Positions 42,318 to 53,917 are shown, counted from the stretch's first letter. The stretch is DNA of 64,000 bases from Alphaproteobacteria bacterium (GCA_964291265.2 OZ219747.1:3744001-3808000); one strand, 5' to 3'. Numbers and translations are program-made. The notes: generated by a model from the sequence alone, not told the origin.

Positions 42318-43457
42318 CTACCAGTCGTGGACCGGATAGTCCGGAGGCGGCAATTCCTCCGTTCCCGACACCACCGCGAAGGACTGGCCTGGACGCACCA
42401 GACGACTCAGCCGGCGGCCATAGAAGATGCCGCTCGCCCGGCTTGCAACCGGCGTCCGCGCCCTGTGCCAGTCGGTTTCCGACGGATCGACAATATCGGC
42501 GACGACCATGCCGGCCTCGACCCTGTCGCCTGGCGCCAGACGGTAACTGACGACACCGGAGACGGGCGCCACCAGGTTGTCGGACCCGGCAAGCGGCGTC
42601 GGTTCGCACAACAGGTCCGGAGGCGGGGCGGCATCACCGATGATGAAACCGTGACGCACGAGAAACCGCCACAGGGCGGACGCATCATTCCGGGCAAGGT
42701 CGACGCCAACATCGGATTGGCCTCTCAGCTCCAGGGTCGTCGTGAAGGGTGGGTCTGCGATCGCATGGTCTGGAAAGGCCCTGCGGATGGTCGACCAGGC
42801 GACGGCGGCGGCGTTCTCGAAGGCCGTGCCGTCCGTGACGTCGTGCAGCAGGATGGTGCGGCAGCCCAGGTCAGCGGCCAGATCGCCGTAGCGTGGCCAG
42901 ACGTCCCGGGGCAAGTAGATGTAGGCGATTCCCTCGCCGTGACAGTGCAGGTCGAACACGAAATCGCTGTCGATCGAGAGTCCGAGCAGTGCCTTCCTGA
43001 GCTGATTGGCCTCTCCCGCCGCGGGCCATTCGGCAACCGCGTCAAGGAAGGCGCGGTGGATGACCCGCGTGTTGGCTTCCCGGTCATCGCCCAGCAGACC
43101 GCCTATTCCCTGCACCGCGACGGCGCCCGGATCCGGATACCAGCGGTTGAAATTGCCATCACCGGCCAGATCGAAACGGCCCAGGTGGTAGTTGAGGATG
43201 CGATTGGCGAGACCGACGGGATTGGCGAGGGGGACGATCACGAATTCGCCCTTGAGGCCTCCCTCCTCGTCCGCCTCCTTCAGCCAGGACAGCATATGGT
43301 TGAGCACCAGCGATCCCGGGAGCTCGTCGGCATGAAGCGCGGCCTGGAAGTAGAGTTTCGGGCGTGCGCCCGGTTCACCGAAACGATGCACGACGAGGTG
43401 TCGCTCGCTTCCCGGACCCGGCGGCAGAAGAGGAACTGTCTCGATGCGGTGCGTCAC
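42318..43457 (-). CDS. succinylglutamate desuccinylase/aspartoacylase (M14) family protein
   Basis: YFQAALHADELPG, VPLANPVG, NFNRWY, VFDLHC, TLELRG. Confidence 0.88.
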   Translation of the reverse strand: MTHRIETVPLLPPGPGSERHLVVHRFGEPGARPKLYFQAALHADELPGSLVLNHMLSWLKEADEEGGLKGEFVIVPLANPVGLANRILNYHLGRFDLAGDGNFNRWYPDPGAVAVQGIGGLLGDDREANTRVIHRAFLDAVAEWPAAGEANQLRKALLGLSIDSDFVFDLHCHGEGIAYIYLPRDVWPRYGDLAADLGCRTILLHDVTDGTAFENAAAVAWSTIRRAFPDHAIADPPFTTTLELRGQSDVGVDLARNDASALWRFLVRHGFIIGDAAPPPDLLCEPTPLAGSDNLVAPVSGVVSYRLAPGDRVEAGMVVADIVDPSETDWHRARTPVASRASGIFYGRRLSRLVRPGQSFAVVSGTEELPPPDYPVHDW

Positions 43458-43470
43458 CGCCGGCTGGCTC

Positions 43471-44469
43471 CTATCCGCCCGTCACGCTCATATGGCGGGC
43501 GACGCTCGGCCGCCTCGTTGCCCGGTCGATGACAAAGTCATGGCCCCTGGGCTTGCGGCCGATGGCCCTGCGAATGGCCGCCTCGAGCGCCGCATCGTCG
43601 GGAGAGGTGCGCATGGGTGTCTTCAGATCCGCGGAGTCTTCCTGGCCAAGGCACATGTAGAGGGTGCCGGTGCACGTCAGCCGAACCCGGTTGCAGGATT
43701 CGCAGAAATTGTGGGTCATCGGTGTGATGAAGCCGAGGCGCCCGCCAGTCTCGGCAATGCGCACGTAGCGCGCCGGACCGCCGGTCCGGTGGTCACTGTC
43801 GATGAGCGTCCACCGCCTTGCGAGATCGGCCCTGACAGCCGACAGCGGCAGGTACTGTTCCGTCCGGTCACCGTCGATGTCGCCCATGGGCATGGTCTCG
43901 ATCAGTGTCAGATCGAACCCCCGTTCGCCGCACCAGCGAATCATGCGGTCGAATTCGTCGTCGTTGACGCCCTTCATGGCCACCGCGTTGATCTTGATGG
44001 CCAGTCCTGCCTGCGTCGCGGCGGCGACGCCTTCCATCACCCTGTCCCAGCGGCCCCAGCGCGTGACGGCCCGGAACTTCTCCGGATCGAGGGTATCGAG
44101 CGAGATGTTGATTCGCCGGACGCCGGCTTCATGGAGCGCGCCGGCGTGACGAGCGAGCTGGCTGCCGTTGGTGGTCACGGTCAGTTCGTCGAGCCCGCCG
44201 CCGTGAAGGTGCCGTCCCAGGCTCCTGAACAGCTGCATGACGCCCTTGCGCACAAGGGGTTCGCCTCCCGTAACACGGACCTTGCGCGTGCCGAGACGCA
44301 CGAAGGCGCTGGTCAGGCGGTCGAGTTCCTCCAGGGTGAGAAGGTCCTTCCTGGGGAGGAAGGTCATGTCTTCCGACATGCAGTAGATGCAGCGAAAGTC
44401 GCACCGATCGGTTACCGAAATCCGGATGTAGCTGATCTCACGACCGAAGGGATCGACAAGTGGCGTCAT
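43471..44469 (-). CDS. moaA: GTP 3',8-cyclase
   Basis: [15 protein letters not shown] radical SAM motif, [13 protein letters not shown]-terminal MSVTGG. Confidence 0.96.
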   Translation of the reverse strand: MTPLVDPFGREISYIRISVTDRCDFRCIYCMSEDMTFLPRKDLLTLEELDRLTSAFVRLGTRKVRVTGGEPLVRKGVMQLFRSLGRHLHGGGLDELTVTTNGSQLARHAGALHEAGVRRINISLDTLDPEKFRAVTRWGRWDRVMEGVAAATQAGLAIKINAVAMKGVNDDEFDRMIRWCGERGFDLTLIETMPMGDIDGDRTEQYLPLSAVRADLARRWTLIDSDHRTGGPARYVRIAETGGRLGFITPMTHNFCESCNRVRLTCTGTLYMCLGQEDSADLKTPMRTSPDDAALEAAIRRAIGRKPRGHDFVIDRATRRPSVARHMSVTGG

Positions 44470-44692
44470 GGGTCCGGTTCACACAGAAGGAGGGAGACAA
44501 TCCTACCGCCGGACCATCCGTCATTGCAATGCCGCAACGCGCCGGGCAGGAATGACGTCGCCGGCAGGGAGACCCGCGCAGTCCGTCGGGGGAATGGCGC
44601 GCTCCCGGTTTTCTCTGAAACTGGACAGCCGGGGGGATTGTATCGCAGTGTGATGTACCGGGGAGAGCAACTGGTGCGGAGATGGCGGGGGA

Positions 44693-45706
44693 ATGGCCCT
44701 ATTCATAGGCAAACGCTTGCTGATGATGCTCGTCACGATGTTCGTGACATCCGTACTCGTCTTCTCGCTCCTCGAATTCACGCCGGGCAATGTCGCGAGC
44801 AAGACCCTTGGTCCCTACGCCACCCAGGCGCAAAAGGAAATCCTCTTCAAGAAGCTCAATCTCGATGATTCCCTGGCGGTGCGCTACGTGCGCTGGATCT
44901 CGGTCCTCTCCGGCATCATCAGGGATCCGGTCTATGATCCCGACCTCAAGCTCGGCTACAAGGATCCCAGGGGGGATCAGTACTTCGGCAACTTCGGCTG
45001 GTCGCTCAAGTACCGGCTGCCCGTGAACGACATCATGTGGCGCCGTCTGGGCAATACCATGATCCTCGCCGGCATCGCCTTCGCCATCATTGTACCCCTC
45101 TCGCTGGTCTTCGGCGTGCTGTCGGGCATGCGGGAGGGAAGCGCGCTCGACAGGTCGCTTTCCTATACCGGCATCACGCTCACCTCCATTCCGGAGTTCG
45201 CATCCGCCACCTTTCTGCTGGTCATCTTCGTGCTCATGCTCGGGTGGTTGCCGGGCACCTCGAACATGCAGAGTTTCGAGCCCTGGTCGTGGGCCTCGCA
45301 GATGGTGCTGCCTGTCCTCGTGCTCGTGCTCTACGACTTCGGTTACGTGGCGCGCATGGTGCGGGGCTCCATGGTCGAGGTCATGACCAGGCCCTACATC
45401 CGCACGGCGATTCTCAAGGGCCTGCCCTACCGTCAGGTCATTCTCAAGCACGCTTTGCGCAATGCGCTGATCGCTCCGTTCACGGTCATCCTGCTGCAGA
45501 TTCCCTTCCTCATCACGGGCGTCGTCGTCACCGAAACCGTGTTCAGCTACCCGGGATTCGGCAAGATGCTCCTCGAGGCCGCGCTCTTCGGCGACACGGC
45601 GCTGATCGAGGCCGCCACACTCATCGCCGTCTTCATTGCCGTGTCGACGCAGCTCGTCGGGGATGTCGGCTACATGTACATCAACCCGCGCATCCGCTTC
45701 ATATGA
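44693..45706 (+). CDS. peptide/nickel ABC transporter permease (DppB-like)
   Basis: Hydrophobic helices; YIRTAILKGL..ILKHALRNAL; ETVFSYPGFG; INPRIR. Confidence 0.9.
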   Translation: MALFIGKRLLMMLVTMFVTSVLVFSLLEFTPGNVASKTLGPYATQAQKEILFKKLNLDDSLAVRYVRWISVLSGIIRDPVYDPDLKLGYKDPRGDQYFGNFGWSLKYRLPVNDIMWRRLGNTMILAGIAFAIIVPLSLVFGVLSGMREGSALDRSLSYTGITLTSIPEFASATFLLVIFVLMLGWLPGTSNMQSFEPWSWASQMVLPVLVLVLYDFGYVARMVRGSMVEVMTRPYIRTAILKGLPYRQVILKHALRNALIAPFTVILLQIPFLITGVVVTETVFSYPGFGKMLLEAALFGDTALIEAATLIAVFIAVSTQLVGDVGYMYINPRIRFI

Positions 45707-45716
45707 TGATTCCGGC

Positions 45717-46631
45717 ATGACCGACACCACCACGGACAGCGCCCGGGCGAATCCCGCCAGCGCCGAACAGCCGGACCGGACGGGCTGGGCGCGCTTCTTC
45801 TATTCGATCGGCCTGCTGCGCGAATCGCCTGCCGCGATGATCGGCCTGTCGCTCGTCATGCTGTGGGTTCTCGTCGCCGTCCTTGCTGACGTGATCACGG
45901 TCTGGGGTCCCAACGAGTACGACTACGCCGCCATCTCCGTGCCACCGCTGACCGTTGATGGCCACTGGCTTGGAACCGACATCTCCGGCCGCGACATCTG
46001 GTCGCGCCTCGCTTACGGGGCGCGGGCGACCCTGACCGTGGCGCCTGCCGCCATCCTGGTGTGCTATCTCGTCGGCATCACCATGGGCATGCTGGCCGGA
46101 TACTACGGTGGCTGGGTCGACAGCATCCTGATCAGCCGCATCAGCGACATTCTCCTCTCGTTTCCGCTGATCATTCTCTTCATCATCATCATCACCGTCT
46201 TCGGCGCTTCAGCGCTCAACATCATCGTGGCCGTCACCCTTGCGTCGTCGCCGGGAATCGGCCGCATCGTGCGGGGGCTCACCCTCGACCTGCGCAATCT
46301 CGAGTACGTCTCGGCAGCCCAGATCCGGGGCGAGCGAAGCCTCTACATCATGGCGGTGGAGCTCCTTCCCAATGCCCGGGGACCGCTCATCGTCGATGCC
46401 TGCCTGCGCATGGGTTACACCGTCATCACCATAGGAATCCTCGGCTTTCTTGGCCTCGGCCTGCCGCCTCCCGACCCCGACTGGGGCGGCATGGTGTCCG
46501 AATCGCGGACCATGGCGACGGTTCCGGGCATGGCCTACATGCCGATCATCCCGTCCATCGCCGTCTCGAGCCTGGTGATCGGATTCAACCTCCTGGCCGA
46601 CGGCCTGCGGGAAATCTCGACAAGGGACTGA
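45717..46631 (+). CDS. peptide/nickel ABC transporter permease (DppC-like)
   Basis: HWLGTDISGRDIWSRLAYGAR, LGFLGLG.PPP.PDWG, FNLLADGLR. Confidence 0.9.
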   Translation: MTDTTTDSARANPASAEQPDRTGWARFFYSIGLLRESPAAMIGLSLVMLWVLVAVLADVITVWGPNEYDYAAISVPPLTVDGHWLGTDISGRDIWSRLAYGARATLTVAPAAILVCYLVGITMGMLAGYYGGWVDSILISRISDILLSFPLIILFIIIITVFGASALNIIVAVTLASSPGIGRIVRGLTLDLRNLEYVSAAQIRGERSLYIMAVELLPNARGPLIVDACLRMGYTVITIGILGFLGLGLPPPDPDWGGMVSESRTMATVPGMAYMPIIPSIAVSSLVIGFNLLADGLREISTRD

Positions 46632-46635
46632 ACCC

Positions 46636-48714
46636 ATGGCGCACGACTCCAGCAACGACTACGTGCTCGAGATCGAGAATGTCGGGATCTCCTACTTCAC
46701 GCGCCTTGGAGAGATTCCCGCAGTCCCGGACTTCTCGCTCAAGCTCAAGCGGGGTGAGAGCTACGGTCTTGTCGGCGAATCGGGATGCGGCAAGACCACC
46801 GTGGCCATGGCCATCATGAACTACCTCGGCCTCAATGGCGGCATCGTCAAGGGACGGATCAGGTTCGAGGGCCGCGACATGTCGACCATGTCCGATGAAG
46901 GACTGCGTGCCGTCCGCGGGTCACGAATCGCCATGGTCTACCAGGAGCCGATGAGTGCCCTCAACCCGTCACTGACCATCGGTACCCAGATCAAGGAGGT
47001 GCTTGTCGTCCACGAGAGCGTCTCCGACGCCGAGGCCGCGGAACGCTCCATCGAGATGCTGCGCGATGTCAACATGCCGGATCCCGAAAGGGTGATGACG
47101 CGTTATCCGCACCAGATTTCGGGAGGCCAGCAGCAGCGGGTCGTCATCGCCATGGCCATGCTGTCCAACCCGTCGCTCCTGCTGCTCGATGAGCCCACCA
47201 CCGCACTCGACGTGACGGTCGAGGCGACGGTGATCGACCTCATCGTGCAACTGCGCGAGAAGTTCAACACCACCTTGCTCTACATCAGCCACAATCTCGG
47301 TCTCATCGTGAAGGTCTGCGACCGCGTCGGTGTCATGTACTCAGGCTCCATGGTCGAGGAAGGCACCATCCGACAGGTCTTCAAGGAAACCCGCCACCCC
47401 TACACGTTCGGCCTCTTCGACTGCATTCCCACTCTCGGTGCGGACAAGCGCTCCCGGACCCTGCAACCCATTCCGGGGCAGGTGTCGCTTCCCCATGAAA
47501 GACCTCGAGGCTGCTCCTTCGGACCGCGCTGCAGCTACTTCAGACAAGGGGTCTGCGATGTCGGCGAGCCTCCCCTCGAGACGGTGGCGGAGGGCCACCG
47601 TGCACGGTGCCGGCGTATCGGGGAGGTCCGCCACGTGTCCTCGGCAGCGCAGAGCGAGATCGCTGGCGGTGACGGCGATTCCGTGCTCGATGTCGTCAAC
47701 ATGAGCAAGTTCTACGAGATCAGCGATGTGTCTCTCGCGTCACTGGTCAGGGGCCGGAGCCGGCACTTTGTCAAGGCCAACGAGAAGATCAGCTTTCGCG
47801 CGCAGCGCGGTCGCACCGTCGCCATCGTCGGCGAATCGGGGTGCGGCAAGTCGACCTTCGCCAAGGTGCTCACCGGGCTCGAGACCGCCACCGACGGCGA
47901 GATCTTGTTCGAAGGCCGCAACATCGCCGCCATTCCGGTGCACAGGCGCAATCAGGACCTCATACGCGCCATGCAGATGGTGTTCCAGAATCCCGATGGC
48001 ACGCTCAACCCGAGCCATTCCGTCGGTCACTGCATAGGCCGGGTCGTCAAGAAGTTCGGCATCCGCACCGACAGCAAGGGAATCCGGGAACATGTCGGCG
48101 AGATGCTCGACGTCGTGCGCCTTCCCAAGGCCTTCTCGACGCGCAAGCCACGCCAGCTTTCCGGCGGTCAGAAGCAGCGCATCGCCGTGGCCCGCGCCTT
48201 TGCCGGCAATCCGTCGATGGTCATCGCCGACGAACCTGTCTCGGCACTCGACGTATCCGTGCAGGCGGCCGTCATCAATCTCCTCAACGATGTGCAGAAG
48301 CGTTACAACACCACCCTGCTCTTCATCAGCCACGATCTTTCCGTGGTCCGTTTCCTCTCCGACGAGATTGTCGTCATGTACCTCGGCGAAATCATGGAGG
48401 CCGGTTCCTCCAAAAGCATCTTCATGCCGCCCTATCATCCATACACCGAGGCGCTGTTGTCGGCCGTGCCGATCCCCGACCCCGACATCATCCAGAAGCG
48501 TATCCGGCTCGAAGGCGAAATGCCGTCTGCTCTCGACCCCCCGGAGGGATGCCGCTTCGCTTCCCGCTGTCCACGGTACATGGGCAGGATCTGCAACGAC
48601 GAGGTTCCGCCTGACCGGGAGGCCGGAGGCGGCCACACCATCAAGTGCCACATCCCCCTCCATCGACTCGCCGCGGTGGAGCCGATCTTCAACACCAGGG
48701 ACAGTGCGGACTGA
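46636..48714 (+). CDS. peptide ABC transporter, fused double ATP-binding protein
   Basis: Two GESGCGK(T/S) Walker A motifs, two SGGQ signatures, HPYT and Cys-rich C-domains. Confidence 0.93.
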   Translation: MAHDSSNDYVLEIENVGISYFTRLGEIPAVPDFSLKLKRGESYGLVGESGCGKTTVAMAIMNYLGLNGGIVKGRIRFEGRDMSTMSDEGLRAVRGSRIAMVYQEPMSALNPSLTIGTQIKEVLVVHESVSDAEAAERSIEMLRDVNMPDPERVMTRYPHQISGGQQQRVVIAMAMLSNPSLLLLDEPTTALDVTVEATVIDLIVQLREKFNTTLLYISHNLGLIVKVCDRVGVMYSGSMVEEGTIRQVFKETRHPYTFGLFDCIPTLGADKRSRTLQPIPGQVSLPHERPRGCSFGPRCSYFRQGVCDVGEPPLETVAEGHRARCRRIGEVRHVSSAAQSEIAGGDGDSVLDVVNMSKFYEISDVSLASLVRGRSRHFVKANEKISFRAQRGRTVAIVGESGCGKSTFAKVLTGLETATDGEILFEGRNIAAIPVHRRNQDLIRAMQMVFQNPDGTLNPSHSVGHCIGRVVKKFGIRTDSKGIREHVGEMLDVVRLPKAFSTRKPRQLSGGQKQRIAVARAFAGNPSMVIADEPVSALDVSVQAAVINLLNDVQKRYNTTLLFISHDLSVVRFLSDEIVVMYLGEIMEAGSSKSIFMPPYHPYTEALLSAVPIPDPDIIQKRIRLEGEMPSALDPPEGCRFASRCPRYMGRICNDEVPPDREAGGGHTIKCHIPLHRLAAVEPIFNTRDSAD

Positions 48715-48824
48715 ACGCCGCCATGGGACGGCTGTCACGCAACCGGCGCCATCCGGGGCGGCGCCTTTCGGAATCCTGCGAATTGCCGTATGGATGCGGC
48801 GTGTCCTGAGATCGGACCGAGAGC

Positions 48825-50072
48825 ATGAAGTATTCCCTCTGGAACCTTCTGCGCCAGGCGCCCCGCGGTCATCGGGACTGGCCGCAGGCCTGGCGGAATC
48901 CGGAACCCAGGGAGTCCTACGACGTCATCATCATCGGCGCCGGAGGCCATGGCCTGGCCACGGCCTACTACCTGGCGAAGGAGCACGGCATCACAAGGAC
49001 CGCGGTGCTCGAAAAGGGCTGGCTTGGCGGCGGCAACACCGGGCGCAATACGACCATCGTGCGCTCGAACTACCTCTGGGACGAGAGCGCACACCTCTAC
49101 GAGCACTCCCTCAGGCTCTTCGAGACCCTGTCGCAGGATCTCAACTTCAATGTCATGTTCTCTCCCCGCGGGGTCATCAACCTGGCGCACAACGAGCACG
49201 ACCTGAAGGAACTTCGACGGCGCGGTCACGCCTGCCGTCTCAATGGCATCGACTACGAGATGGTCACCCCTCGGGACATCAAGGAGATCGCGCCGATCAT
49301 CAACATTTCCAGATCCATCCGCTATCCGGTGCTCGGCGGCGCCATGCAGCGCCGCGCCGGGAATGCCCGCCACGACGCCGTGGCCTGGGGCCTTGCCAGG
49401 CGTGCCGACGAGTTCGGTGTCGACATCATCCAGAACTGCGAAGTGACGGGCATCGATGTCCGGGACGGCCGGGTCACAGGCGTGCAGACCACCAGGGGAG
49501 CGATCAGGGCCAACCGCATCGGCGCGGTCCCGGCTGGCCATGCGTCCGTCGTCGCCTCGATGGCGGGCCTGAGGCTGCCGGTGGAAAGCCATACCCTCCA
49601 GGCCATGGTGACGGAACCGGTCAAGCCGGTGCTCGATACCGTCATCATGTCGAATACCGTGCACGTCTACATCAGCCAGTCAGACAAGGGTGAACTCGTG
49701 CTCGGGGCCGGCATCGACGGTTACAACAGCTACAGCCAGAAGGGTGGGATCAACGTCATCGAGCATCAACTCGAGGGACTGTGCGAACTCTACCCCATTG
49801 TCTCGCGCCTGAAGATCATGCGGGTGTGGGGCGGCATCGTCGATATCGCGCCCGACGCCAGCCCGATCATCTCGAAGACACCGGTCGAAGGCTTCTACAT
49901 CAACTGCGGCTGGGGGACGGGTGGATTCAAGGCGACCCCCGGCTCGGGCTGGGTGTTCGCCCACACCATCGCCCAGGACCGGCCCCACAGACTCAACGAA
50001 GCCTTCGATCTCGGCCGCTTCGAGAGCGGTCTGCTCATTGACGAGCACGGCGCGGCGGCGGTGGCCCACTAG
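48825..50072 (+). CDS. soxB: sarcosine oxidase subunit beta
   Basis: [34 protein letters not shown]-terminal [10 protein letters not shown]. Confidence 0.95.
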   Translation: MKYSLWNLLRQAPRGHRDWPQAWRNPEPRESYDVIIIGAGGHGLATAYYLAKEHGITRTAVLEKGWLGGGNTGRNTTIVRSNYLWDESAHLYEHSLRLFETLSQDLNFNVMFSPRGVINLAHNEHDLKELRRRGHACRLNGIDYEMVTPRDIKEIAPIINISRSIRYPVLGGAMQRRAGNARHDAVAWGLARRADEFGVDIIQNCEVTGIDVRDGRVTGVQTTRGAIRANRIGAVPAGHASVVASMAGLRLPVESHTLQAMVTEPVKPVLDTVIMSNTVHVYISQSDKGELVLGAGIDGYNSYSQKGGINVIEHQLEGLCELYPIVSRLKIMRVWGGIVDIAPDASPIISKTPVEGFYINCGWGTGGFKATPGSGWVFAHTIAQDRPHRLNEAFDLGRFESGLLIDEHGAAAVAH

Positions 50073-50086
50073 GCCGGAGCAGAACG

Positions 50087-50365
50087 ATGATGCTGATCCC
50101 CTGCCCCTGGTGTGGCGAAAGACTCGATGCCGAGTTCGCGTGCGGTGGCGAAGCCCACATCGTTCGTCCAGACCCGGCCACGGCCAGTGACGCCGAATGG
50201 GCCGACTACCTCTTCATGCGGAAGAATCCGAAGGGTCTTCATCACGAACGCTGGTTCCATGCCCACGGCTGCCGCCGCTGGTTCCACATGACACGTGACA
50301 CGGTGAGCCACCGCATCCTGGCGGTCTACGCCATGACCGAGAACCCTCCGGAGGCAGCCGGCTGA
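50087..50365 (+). CDS. soxD: sarcosine oxidase subunit delta
   Basis: IPCPWCGER..EF..GGEAHI.RP..HAHGCRRWF. Confidence 0.95.
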   Translation: MMLIPCPWCGERLDAEFACGGEAHIVRPDPATASDAEWADYLFMRKNPKGLHHERWFHAHGCRRWFHMTRDTVSHRILAVYAMTENPPEAAG

Positions 50366-53355
50366 TGCAGTCGTGGCGAAACAGCGCCGGCGGGATCATC
50401 GATCGAAGCCGCCATCTGTCCTTCACCTTTGACGGCAGACACCTCTGCGGTCATCCAGGCGACACGCTTGCGGCGGCCCTTCTCGCCAACGGCATCCACT
50501 TCGTCGGCCGCAGTTTCAAGTACCACCGTCCGCGCGGGATCGTCGGTTCCGGTGTGGAGGAACCCAATGCCCTTGTCAGACTCGGCGAAAGCGGTTCCGT
50601 GGAACCCAATGCGAGAGCCACGACCACGGAGCTCTTCGACGGTCTCGTGGCGTCCAGCCAGAACCGCTGGCCGAGCCTCGCCTTCGATGTGGGGGCGCTC
50701 AACAGCGTCGCATCTGGCCTTGTACCGGCAGGATTCTACTACAAGACATTCATGTGGCCTGCGAAGGCGTGGACGTTCTACGAACGATTGATCCGGCGCG
50801 CAGCCGGCCTCGGCCAGGCGCCCGAAGAACCCGACCCGGATGTCTACGAGAAGCGATTTGCCCATTGTGACGTGCTCGTCGTCGGCGCCGGGCCAGCCGG
50901 TTTGCAGGCGGCGCGGGCCGCCGGACGTTCGGGCGCCCGCGTGATCCTTGCCGACGAACAGGCCGTTCCCGGCGGATCGTTGCTGGCTGAACACGTCACC
51001 CTTGACGGTGTGGCTGGCCAGGAGTGGCCCGAATCGGTCCGCACGGAACTCGCGAGCATGAGCGACGTCACCCTGCTCACCCGGACCACCGTGGCCGGTT
51101 ACTACAATCACAACTTTCTCGTCGCTGTCGAGAGGATCACGGACCACCTGCCGGCAGGTGAGAGTGTCCTGCCGCGCCAGCGTCTGTGGAAGATCCGGGC
51201 CCGCCATGTCGTTCTCGCCACCGGAGCCATCGAACGGCCCCTGGTGTTTCCCGGGAACGATCGGCCCGGCGTCATGCTCGCCGGCGCGGTACGAGCCTTC
51301 GCGAACCGCTGGGGCGTGCGCTGTGGCGCGCGAGCCGTCGTCTTTGCCAACAACGACAGCGCCTACCGCTCGGCCATCGATGCCGCCGACTCCGGCATCC
51401 ACGTGACAACCATCGTCGATTGCAGGGCCGCACCCCGGGGGCGCCTCGTCGAGGAAGCGCACTCGCGCGGCATCGACGTGATGGCCGGACGTGTCATTGC
51501 GGGGGTCGAGGGAAGGAAACGGGTGCGCGGTGTCGCCATCTCCACCCTTGACGACGGTGCGTCGGCAGTCGTGCGCAAGGAATGTGATCTCGTCATGATG
51601 TCGGGAGGCTGGAACCCGACCGTTCACCTCGCCTCCCAGTCGGGAACCCGGCTCGTCTGGGACGAGTCCCGGGCGACGTTCATTCCCGGCGATTCCGCCG
51701 CACACCAGACGAGCGCCGGTGCGGCAGCGGGAACCTTCGGTCTCGCCCAGTGCCTGAGATCCGGAGCGCTGGCGGGAACCGAGGCAGCGGTCCAGGCCGG
51801 GTTCGATGGCGAAGCCCCGGCCATGCCGGAGGTCGAAGGCGACACCGGAGAGGGCGCGCTCGGTCTCGAGCCGTTCTGGCACCGTCCGGCGTCACCGCGG
51901 GACGGCAAGGCCTTCCACGACTTTCAGAACGACGTCACCACCGCCGACGTGGCGCTCGCCACCCGGGAAAACTATGCCTCGGTGGAACACTTCAAGCGCT
52001 ACACGACCACCGGCATGGGGACCGATCAGGGCAAGACGTCGAATGTCAACGGCCTTGCCATCCTTGCCGACCACCTTGGCAGCAGCATTCCCGGGGTCGG
52101 ACATACGACCTATCGCCCCTTCTACACGCCTGTCAGCGTCGGCGCCCTTGCCGGAATCGACACTGGAGGCGATCTCTACGATCCCGTCCGCAGGACACCG
52201 ATGCATGTCTGGCATGCCGACAACGGGGCACACTTCGAGGACGTCGGCCAGTGGAAGCGGCCTTACTGCTACCTCAGGGAGGGCGAATCGATCGAGGATG
52301 CTGTCCAACGCGAGACCCTGGCCGCACGCACCGGCGTCGGCATTCTCGACGCCTCGACGCTGGGCAAGATCGATGTCCAGGGAAAGGATGCGGCGGCGTT
52401 TCTCGATCGCATCTACACCGGCTCCTTCTCGACCCTGGCTCCCGGACGCTGCCGCTATGGTCTGATGTGCCATGATGACGGCATGGTGTTCGACGATGGC
52501 GTGACGGCGCGCATCACCGACACCCGGTTCCTTGTCAGCACCACCACCGGGGGTGCGGCCGCGGTCCTCAACTGGTTCGAGGAGTGGCTGCAGACGGAAT
52601 GGTGGGATCTCGACGTTCACGTCACGTCGGTCACCACGCAGTGGGCGGCCATCGCCGTTGCCGGACCCAGGAGCCGTGATCTGGTTTCCGGTCTGACGAC
52701 GACCGATCTCTCCTCCGAAGCCTTCCCCTTCATGACCTGGCGCGACGCCGACATCGCCGGCATCCCGGGTCGCATCTTCCGTATCAGCTTTTCCGGGGAG
52801 ACCGGCTACGAACTCCACGTGCCGGCGAGCTACGCCCTGGCGCTGTGGCAGATTCTCCTGATGGCTGGCGAGCGTCATGCCATCACCCCCTACGGCACGG
52901 AGGCCATGCACGTTCTGCGCGCCGAAAAGGGGTTCATCATCGTCGGCCAGGACACCGACGGCACCACCACCCCCCATGATCTCGGGATGAGCTGGCTGGT
53001 ATCGCACAACAAGCCGGACTTCCTCGGCAAGCGCGGCCTCGAGCGGCCCGACACCCTGCGCGATGACCGCAAGCAGCTGGTCGGACTTCTCACGGACGAT
53101 CCCGGGGAGGTCATCCCGGAAGGGGCGCACGTGTCGCCGGAACCCGGAGCGAAGCCGCCCGTTCCCATGGAGGGATGGGTGTCGTCGAGCTACATGAGCC
53201 CCAACTGCGGTCACTCGATCGCCCTTGCCCTCGTCCGGCGCGGGCATGACCGCACGGGCGAGTCGGTCGCCATTCCCCTGGAAGACAGGATCATCCGGGC
53301 GCGTATCGTCAAGCCTGTGTTCTTTGACGAGGAAGGAGGGAGGCTCCGTGGCTGA
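50365..53355 (+). CDS. soxA: sarcosine oxidase subunit alpha
   Basis: GDTLAAALLANG, SFKYHRPRG, EHFKRYTT.GMG.DQGK, GcvT-like C-terminus. Confidence 0.95.
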   Translation: MQSWRNSAGGIIDRSRHLSFTFDGRHLCGHPGDTLAAALLANGIHFVGRSFKYHRPRGIVGSGVEEPNALVRLGESGSVEPNARATTTELFDGLVASSQNRWPSLAFDVGALNSVASGLVPAGFYYKTFMWPAKAWTFYERLIRRAAGLGQAPEEPDPDVYEKRFAHCDVLVVGAGPAGLQAARAAGRSGARVILADEQAVPGGSLLAEHVTLDGVAGQEWPESVRTELASMSDVTLLTRTTVAGYYNHNFLVAVERITDHLPAGESVLPRQRLWKIRARHVVLATGAIERPLVFPGNDRPGVMLAGAVRAFANRWGVRCGARAVVFANNDSAYRSAIDAADSGIHVTTIVDCRAAPRGRLVEEAHSRGIDVMAGRVIAGVEGRKRVRGVAISTLDDGASAVVRKECDLVMMSGGWNPTVHLASQSGTRLVWDESRATFIPGDSAAHQTSAGAAAGTFGLAQCLRSGALAGTEAAVQAGFDGEAPAMPEVEGDTGEGALGLEPFWHRPASPRDGKAFHDFQNDVTTADVALATRENYASVEHFKRYTTTGMGTDQGKTSNVNGLAILADHLGSSIPGVGHTTYRPFYTPVSVGALAGIDTGGDLYDPVRRTPMHVWHADNGAHFEDVGQWKRPYCYLREGESIEDAVQRETLAARTGVGILDASTLGKIDVQGKDAAAFLDRIYTGSFSTLAPGRCRYGLMCHDDGMVFDDGVTARITDTRFLVSTTTGGAAAVLNWFEEWLQTEWWDLDVHVTSVTTQWAAIAVAGPRSRDLVSGLTTTDLSSEAFPFMTWRDADIAGIPGRIFRISFSGETGYELHVPASYALALWQILLMAGERHAITPYGTEAMHVLRAEKGFIIVGQDTDGTTTPHDLGMSWLVSHNKPDFLGKRGLERPDTLRDDRKQLVGLLTDDPGEVIPEGAHVSPEPGAKPPVPMEGWVSSSYMSPNCGHSIALALVRRGHDRTGESVAIPLEDRIIRARIVKPVFFDEEGGRLRG

Positions 53356-53917
53356 AACATGGCAACGACAGAGCCCCCTCGCCCGGCGCGCTCCCCTGGA
53401 TGCCGCCGGGCTCGCCATGACGGAACGGGCGTTCCTGGCCAAGATCACGGTACGGGGCAAGGTGGCGGATGACGCCATCCACGAGGCGCTCGGCCTCTCC
53501 CTTCCACGCGAACCCAACACCGCAGCTTCCACCGGGGAGCACGCCATCCTGTGGCTGGGGCCGGACGAGTGGCTCGTCGTCGGGCATGCCGAGACCGAAG
53601 GGCCGCTCTCATCCACCCTCGAGGCGGCTCTCCCCGACGCCACGATCATCGACGTCACCGATGGTTACGCCACAATCCGTCTCGGCGGCTCGCTCGCCAG
53701 GGATGTCCTGTCGATGGGGACGCCGCTCGACCTCCACCCTCGCCAGTTCGCCGCCGGCGCGGCGACCCGGACCCTGTTTGCCCGCACCACCGTCATCCTG
53801 CACAAGGTCAACGAAGACCCCGTCTTCGACATCCACGTCGAACGCAGCCAGGCCGACTATCTCTGGACCTGGCTCGAAGCCGCCTCGCGCCCCTACATCA
53901 CGGACCCTGGCGCCTGA
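53348..53917 (+). CDS. soxG: sarcosine oxidase subunit gamma
   Basis: LWLGPDEWL, DLHPRQF, RSQADYLWTWL; GTG start at 53348. Confidence 0.9.
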   Translation: MAETWQRQSPLARRAPLDAAGLAMTERAFLAKITVRGKVADDAIHEALGLSLPREPNTAASTGEHAILWLGPDEWLVVGHAETEGPLSSTLEAALPDATIIDVTDGYATIRLGGSLARDVLSMGTPLDLHPRQFAAGAATRTLFARTTVILHKVNEDPVFDIHVERSQADYLWTWLEAASRPYITDPGA

